A DNA stretch of 64,000 nucleotides from positions 448,001 to 512,000 of the forward strand of contig CBDCTZ010000013.1 in NCBI GenBank assembly GCA_965222375.1. Reading direction: 5' to 3'. This document shows positions 58,471 to 64,000 of the stretch, in pieces (position 1 is the stretch's first letter; every line of letters begins with the position of its first letter). This DNA comes from Polyangiaceae bacterium. Lineage in GTDB: Bacteria > Myxococcota_A > Polyangia > Polyangiales > Polyangiaceae. The position numbers and the translations under genes were made by a program. The notes beneath the pieces were generated by a model. The model was not told the origin of the DNA, made no database searches, and worked only from the letters and a program-made list of their open reading frames with translations.

Positions 58471-60888
58471 ATGGATCACAAAAAGCTAGCACTGCATGTC
58501 TGGCGCCTGGGGCTGACCGCCCTCGTGCTGCTGCTTTGGACCGCCCCGTCGGTAGCGGCTCCAGAGGCACACCTGTTGCGGATTGACCCCCGCGCAGCTC
58601 AGGAGAACGGCTCGCCGATCCTGACCTCGGTGATCGAGGTCGTGGAGAACAAGCGCGTGAGTCAGGCGACTCAGCACTGCGCGGGCGACCGCGGCAGCGG
58701 CTTGTTCAATTGCATGTCCGCAGCCCTCGAGAAGCCCTACGCGCTGTACCGTCCGTTTCCGTTCCCGCATCAGAACGCCATCTTCACGGTCAAGGTAGAC
58801 GGCGCCGATCATCCCGCCAAGTACGTGAGCCATACCCAGTGGGGCGAAAGCCAGCAACAGCCGGGTGTGGGCACCGCCTGGCTCATCCTGATCGACGCGG
58901 ATAGCCGCATGAAAGCCAGCTTTAGCGACGCCAAACAGGTCGCCGCGCGCTTCGTGCAGAGCATGGCGCCCAACGACATCGTGAACGTGATGTTCTTCAA
59001 CGACCGTCAGATCGTGAAGGACTCGAAGTGGATCACCGCCGCTCAGAAAGCTCGGGCGACCGGATTCATCAACGGCCAAACGGACTCGTATCGCTCCCAG
59101 GGCCGTAACCGTTCACTACTCACAATCATCAAGACGGGCGCCACGGACGGCTTCAAGGCCCTCGGCAACGTCGGCGAGAACGTGAAGGTACCGCTGCACC
59201 AGGCCATGGTCGTGCTGTCTTCCGGGTTCGGCGGCACGGACCCGTCGACGACCGGCCCAGGCGCGCTGCAGTTGCAGAAGTACATGACGGGTGGGCGTTT
59301 CCCGGAAGACAACACCGCGCTGCCCAAAGCTCCCGCGCCGGTGATCAGCGTCTACTTTCCGACGCGCACCTATGATGAGTTCCGCCAGAACTCGCTTGAG
59401 TTCATGCAGAACCTGGCCAATCCGGAGATTGGCGGTTTTTTCACGGTGATGCAGGCGGGCCAAGGTGGTCGGGCCGGCAGCATCGTCAACGCGGTCCGGG
59501 CTCGCTTCTCCAAAATGCACATCGTCAAATGGCGAGTCGCGTGCATTGCGCCGGCAGTCACCCAGACCTTCAGCCTCAACTTCACCAATGTGAAGCCACC
59601 AATCCTAGGCGACAACAGTTTCAAAGACGTGCCTGTCGGCATCGACCCATCGACCTGGCCGTTGGACGTGAACATTTCCTACACCCAGGACATGGGCAAG
59701 CGTCAGGGTGGCGTGCACCCGGGCGGGAAGTTCAAGGTCTACGGTGACTTCTGTTGGGGTGGCGACAAGGGCCGTGCCGAAGTGTACTTCTTGCCCGCTG
59801 GGCAGCAGGTACCGACCGCGCTGGCGGGAGCAAACGTCGAAAAGGCGAAGCGCACGCAGCAGCAGCTCATCGCCATGGGCATGAAGGGCACGCCCGTCGA
59901 GGCGAGCGATACCTTCGCCGAGTTCACTGCGCCGGACAAAGACAAGATCTTGCACGGGAGCGGTGAACAGGCCGTCGTCCGGGTGATCGTCTACGACAAC
60001 AAGGCGCTCAGGACGAGCGGCGTGACCTCCGACTCGATCATTCAGATCAAAGGCACGACCCAGCCGCTGCCGATACTGTGGATCCTCGGCGGAGCATTTG
60101 GCCTGGTGGTCGTGCTGTTGCTCGTCGTGATCATTGCCAAAAGCGGCGGAAGCAAGCGCGGCGGCGGTCCGCCACCGCAGGCACCGGTGCCCGGAGGAGG
60201 TTATCCGCCCCCGGGCGGCTATGGCGGTCCACCCGCCGGAGGAGGTTATCCGCCTCAGGGAGGAGGAGGATACGGAGGTGCCCCGCCCCCTGGAGGAGGC
60301 GGCTACCCGCCCCCTGGAGGAGGCGGTTACCCGCCCCCAGGAGGGGGATACGGAGGATCTGCCTCCCCTCACGTAGACCCCGTCGTCGCCCCTGCGGGCG
60401 GCGGCGGGGCAAGCAACGAGTTCATGTACGGCAGCGATGGCGCGCAGCCCGGCCAGAGCTACGGCGTAACCAACGATGCCCCGGCGCAAGCGGCCGCCGC
60501 GCCTCCCAATCCCTACGTAGCGACCGGCGCCCCGGCGGCGGCCGCCGGAGCTGGTGCAGCGGTGGCAGCGGCAGCTCCAGCCGGAGCGCCACCGGCAACT
60601 CGCGCCACTCTGTCGGGTTCTGCGGGAACCTTCACGATCGTGGCGGGGGTGGAAATGCAGGCAGGGCGTGACGGCTCGGCCTGTGGGATCTTGCTCACCG
60701 AACCGCGTATCTCGGGCGTGCACGCGTCCCTGAAGTTGGACGCCGGGCAGCTGCTCATCAAGGACGAGAACAGCAACAACGGGACGCAAGTGAACGGCAA
60801 TCGTCTTCCCCCCGGAGCCTGGACCCCGGTGCAAAACGGCTCACTTTTGCGCTTTGGACCGGTCGAGTTCAGCGTGCGCCTGGAGTAG
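58471..60888 (+). CDS. Membrane protein: exported vWA-like domain, TM helix, Pro/Gly-rich linker, cytoplasmic FHA
   Basis: Signal peptide; ILIDADSRM, VMFFN and MVVLSSG (degenerate MIDAS); TM ILWILGGAFGLVVVLLLVVII; FHA AGR...SGVH...SNNGT. Confidence 0.85.
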   Translation: MDHKKLALHVWRLGLTALVLLLWTAPSVAAPEAHLLRIDPRAAQENGSPILTSVIEVVENKRVSQATQHCAGDRGSGLFNCMSAALEKPYALYRPFPFPHQNAIFTVKVDGADHPAKYVSHTQWGESQQQPGVGTAWLILIDADSRMKASFSDAKQVAARFVQSMAPNDIVNVMFFNDRQIVKDSKWITAAQKARATGFINGQTDSYRSQGRNRSLLTIIKTGATDGFKALGNVGENVKVPLHQAMVVLSSGFGGTDPSTTGPGALQLQKYMTGGRFPEDNTALPKAPAPVISVYFPTRTYDEFRQNSLEFMQNLANPEIGGFFTVMQAGQGGRAGSIVNAVRARFSKMHIVKWRVACIAPAVTQTFSLNFTNVKPPILGDNSFKDVPVGIDPSTWPLDVNISYTQDMGKRQGGVHPGGKFKVYGDFCWGGDKGRAEVYFLPAGQQVPTALAGANVEKAKRTQQQLIAMGMKGTPVEASDTFAEFTAPDKDKILHGSGEQAVVRVIVYDNKALRTSGVTSDSIIQIKGTTQPLPILWILGGAFGLVVVLLLVVIIAKSGGSKRGGGPPPQAPVPGGGYPPPGGYGGPPAGGGYPPQGGGGYGGAPPPGGGGYPPPGGGGYPPPGGGYGGSASPHVDPVVAPAGGGGASNEFMYGSDGAQPGQSYGVTNDAPAQAAAAPPNPYVATGAPAAAAGAGAAVAAAAPAGAPPATRATLSGSAGTFTIVAGVEMQAGRDGSACGILLTEPRISGVHASLKLDAGQLLIKDENSNNGTQVNGNRLPPGAWTPVQNGSLLRFGPVEFSVRLE

Positions 60889-62181
60889 GTGGGAGGAAGC
60901 GTGCATTGCGCCGTCCGTGGCGTCTTCGTCGACTGCGCTGAGCTGACCGACCCGGGTCGGGAGCCCAGCAAGCAAATCAACGAGGATACCTGCGCCATCG
61001 CGCAGACTGGGCACGGGCTAGTCGCGGTCGTGTGTGATGGCATGGGCGGGCACTCCGCAGGCCGGGAAGCGAGCACCACTGCGATGCGCACCATCGTGGA
61101 ATACCTGAGTCGAGAGACTGAGGGTGAGCCCGATCAAGCTTTGGTTCGCGCTATCGAGATCGCCGCCAAGGACGTCTACGCGGTTGGGGGCGATGCACCG
61201 CCGGAATTGCGCCCAGGCTCCACCTGCGTGGCAGCGGTGCTGTACGACGGTTTGGCTCAAATTGCCCACGTTGGAGACTCGCGGGCCTACCTGTTTCGAG
61301 GCGGCGCACTGACTCGCCTGACCCGGGATCACTCCATGGTCCAACAGATGCTCGACAGCGGCATGCTCACCCCCGAGCAAGCTGTCGACCATCCCGACGC
61401 AAACAAGATCACCCGTGCGCTGGGCATGATGGAGTCTGCGGAAGTGGAGCTGCGCCCGGAGCCGGTCCGACTGCTCAGCGGTGACGTGCTCTTGCTGTGC
61501 ACGGATGGGCTCACGGATCTGGTGGAAGATCCTGATTTGACCATGCTGGTCAAGACCCACGCAGAGAAGGGCCCCGAGCATCTGACGCGGGTCCTGGTCG
61601 AGGTCGCATTGGCGCGCGGCGGCTGGGACAACGTCACTGTTCAGGTGCTCGTGGTGCGCGAGCTGGGCAAGACCCAGCCCGCCACGGTGGTACTTGGGGA
61701 GGAAGACGCGTCCAATCCGGCTCCGGCGGGCAACACGGTTGTGGATGAGGGCTCCAGCCAGAAGACCTGGGCGGATGCGCCAGGTACAACGCGTCCCGCC
61801 CCCGCACCCACTCTGCTGGAGGAGCCGGCACCGGAACGCACGACCCTTCCGGGAGGTCCTGGTTCTCCGCTCACGCGTTTCACCGAAGAGGCGCCGACAG
61901 CCCTACCACGCAGAGGCGTGAGCCCTGCCCGCGCCTTGGTACTGTATGCGGCAGCCATCACGGCCGTGATTGTGGTGGGGATCGTTATCTGGGCGGTGGC
62001 ACGCAAAGTCAGAACGCCGAAGGAGGATGCTCCCCTGCCCCCGCCGCCTATTGAACAATCCGCCACAAAAACACCGGTGACGGCACCTCCAACCGAGCTA
62101 TCTGCGGCGCCCGAGGAGCCCCCTCCGGAGCCTCCGCCATCCCCAGACGCGGCCACCCCACCGGACGCAGCACTCCCGTGA
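60889..62181 (+). CDS. PP2C-family Ser/Thr phosphatase with C-terminal TM helix
   Basis: NED, VCDGMGG, GST, HVGDSRAY, TRDHS, LCTDGL, DNVT. Confidence 0.92.
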   Translation: MGGSVHCAVRGVFVDCAELTDPGREPSKQINEDTCAIAQTGHGLVAVVCDGMGGHSAGREASTTAMRTIVEYLSRETEGEPDQALVRAIEIAAKDVYAVGGDAPPELRPGSTCVAAVLYDGLAQIAHVGDSRAYLFRGGALTRLTRDHSMVQQMLDSGMLTPEQAVDHPDANKITRALGMMESAEVELRPEPVRLLSGDVLLLCTDGLTDLVEDPDLTMLVKTHAEKGPEHLTRVLVEVALARGGWDNVTVQVLVVRELGKTQPATVVLGEEDASNPAPAGNTVVDEGSSQKTWADAPGTTRPAPAPTLLEEPAPERTTLPGGPGSPLTRFTEEAPTALPRRGVSPARALVLYAAAITAVIVVGIVIWAVARKVRTPKEDAPLPPPPIEQSATKTPVTAPPTELSAAPEEPPPEPPPSPDAATPPDAALP

Positions 62182-62221
62182 GGCCCGTTTCTTTGTTAGA
62201 GACGCCTAGGACGAGCAACAA

Positions 62222-64000
62222 ATGATCCCGGGGTTCGGCAAGCAAACCATCACGATCGGCAGCGGCGAGAGCTGTGACATCCGCGTCGGCGGGCCCGGCG
62301 TAGCCGCCGAGCACGCCCGGATCGTGAATCAAGGCGGCGGCCAGCTCGTCTTCGTCGATGCCGGCGCTGGGCCCAGCCTCGCGAACGGTCAGCCGCTGGC
62401 CGCTGGCGCCAGCGTGCCCTTCGACTTTCGTACCCAATTCGTCGTGGGCCAGGCGCCGGTCCCCATCGCCCACCCCGCCATTATCAAGATGCTGATGTCT
62501 GCGGGCTCGCTGCCTGCGGCGCCTGGGCAGATCACCTTTGGGCGCGAACCCGGCCAAGCGCACATCGCGATCGCGCATCCAAACGTTTCGGGGCGCCACG
62601 CCACCATGAGCTTGAGCCCGCTCTCCATCACGGACCACGCCTCGACCAGCGGCTCCTGGATCGCCGGCCATCGCCTGCCACCAGAGCAAGCCGTACCAGT
62701 CGATCCCAATGCGCTACTCGCGTTGGGCCCAGTGCCCCTTCCCGTCGCGCTGGTCTGGGAGCTGGCTCAGGGCTTGGGCCTTGGCGACCAACCCGTCCCC
62801 GCTGCCGGCGCCGGCGCGCCGCCCCAAGCCAAGGGCGTGCAGCGGGTCAAGCACAAGACCGTCATTGGGCAGGTTGCCATGGGAGGCGGGGCTGGGGGCG
62901 CCGCCTTCAAGAGCATCGGTCGAACCGAAGACAACGACATCGTCATCTCCCACGCCCAGGTCTCCAGCAAGCACGCCGTGCTGCACATCCAGGGCACCCA
63001 ACTGCTCCTGGAAGACCGCGGCAGTTCTAACGGAACCTATGTGCGCGGCCAGCGCATTCCCCCGGGGCAGCAGGTACCGGTACAGAACGGCGAAAAGGTC
63101 TTCATCGGCCCGATGCCACTGCTGATCCAGGTCCAGGATCAGCAAGTCGCCATGGTCGTCGAGGATGCCCGGGCCGATTGGTCCGGACGCCCGCTGTACG
63201 AGATCGAAGCGTGGGACATCGTCATGCAGGTCCGCGATCGGGACAACCCGAGCGAGATGAAGACCCTGCTCGACCACGTCAGCTTCAAAGCGCTGCCCGG
63301 CGATCTGATCGCGCTGATGGGCCCCTCGGGTGCGGGCAAGACGACCCTTCTGCTCACCCTGAATGGATACTTGCCTCCGACCGCTGGCCAGGTCCGGATC
63401 AACGGCGAAGATCTGTACTCCATCTACGATGCCCTGCGCGGCTCCATCGGCTACGTGCCCCAGGATGACATCGTGCATCCGGAGCTCACCGTCTACGAGG
63501 CGGTTCGGTACAGCGCGTTGTTCCGCCTTCCGCCGGACTACTCGTCGGACGAAATCGACCGACGAGTCCAGACCACCCTGGCTCAGCTTGGTCTCGAGGG
63601 TGTCGCGCATCTGCAGATAGGCAAGCCCGAAAAGAAGATTCTGTCTGGCGGACAGCGAAAGCGCGTGAACATCGCGATGGAGCTGGTGACGGACCCGGTC
63701 ATCATGTTCTTGGACGAGCCGACCAGTGGCCTGGCCGCCGACGACACCACCGCGCTGGTCGAGCTGCTGCAGAACCTGGTGCGCACCACCGGCAAGACCA
63801 TCATCTGCACCATTCATCAGCCCGCGAAGGACGAGTACGAGAAATTCAACCTCGCGCTCATCTTGGGTCAGGGTGGAATTCCCATATATTACGGCCCGTC
63901 CAAGGACGGTTATGGCTTCTTCGGCAGCCTGAAAGAGCGCCGGGGCACGCCCAACGACATCGACAACCCCCGCGACATGTTCGACATGCTCAATCAGCGG
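62222..64000 (+). CDS. Multi-FHA ABC transporter ATP-binding protein (Rv1747-like architecture), 3' partial
   Basis: Open frame from ATG 62222 to the window end (absent from the ORF track). FHA-like domains ITIGSG...AEHA, FGRE...SGRH...STSG and IGRT...SSKH...SSNGT; GPSGAGKTT, YVPQDD, LSGGQRKR, FLDEPTSGL, TIHQP. Confidence 0.92.
   Translation, partial: MIPGFGKQTITIGSGESCDIRVGGPGVAAEHARIVNQGGGQLVFVDAGAGPSLANGQPLAAGASVPFDFRTQFVVGQAPVPIAHPAIIKMLMSAGSLPAAPGQITFGREPGQAHIAIAHPNVSGRHATMSLSPLSITDHASTSGSWIAGHRLPPEQAVPVDPNALLALGPVPLPVALVWELAQGLGLGDQPVPAAGAGAPPQAKGVQRVKHKTVIGQVAMGGGAGGAAFKSIGRTEDNDIVISHAQVSSKHAVLHIQGTQLLLEDRGSSNGTYVRGQRIPPGQQVPVQNGEKVFIGPMPLLIQVQDQQVAMVVEDARADWSGRPLYEIEAWDIVMQVRDRDNPSEMKTLLDHVSFKALPGDLIALMGPSGAGKTTLLLTLNGYLPPTAGQVRINGEDLYSIYDALRGSIGYVPQDDIVHPELTVYEAVRYSALFRLPPDYSSDEIDRRVQTTLAQLGLEGVAHLQIGKPEKKILSGGQRKRVNIAMELVTDPVIMFLDEPTSGLAADDTTALVELLQNLVRTTGKTIICTIHQPAKDEYEKFNLALILGQGGIPIYYGPSKDGYGFFGSLKERRGTPNDIDNPRDMFDMLNQR

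Overview
GC-rich (~65-70%) bacterial chromosomal window. It is most likely Myxococcota, Polyangiaceae-like; this is inferred from MglA, a giant TPR protein, PEGA, RCC1 and Cys-rich lipoproteins, a Ser/Thr kinase, and FHA and PP2C signalling genes. About 38 coding regions are supportable, including ppk2, thrC, an acyl-CoA dehydrogenase, pilT, rlmE, mglA, rplC and rplS. No tRNA, rRNA or CRISPR array was seen. Two systems stand out. (1) 43.5-50.5 kb holds two tandem ~2.1-2.2 kb units, each with a DUF222-like HNH nuclease gene bracketed by ~97-bp inverted repeats that contain a covarying hairpin. Each gene has an 0.8-0.9 kb non-coding leader with conserved structured blocks, ending at a copy of the pilT 3' end, and a different lipoprotein gene lies beside each unit. 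This is a candidate undescribed selfish or mobile element, or an RNA-associated nuclease system. (2) 32.7-34.9 kb is a DUF692 (MNIO) / DUF2063 RiPP-type cluster whose precursor is a predicted lipoprotein with two KKAGGAKxxCGAGxCG cores. The first 15 kb shows several decay scars: an in-frame TAG, a deletion joining two divergent genes head-to-head, and a truncated anti-sigma factor. All calls come from motif recognition by eye; no database searches were run.
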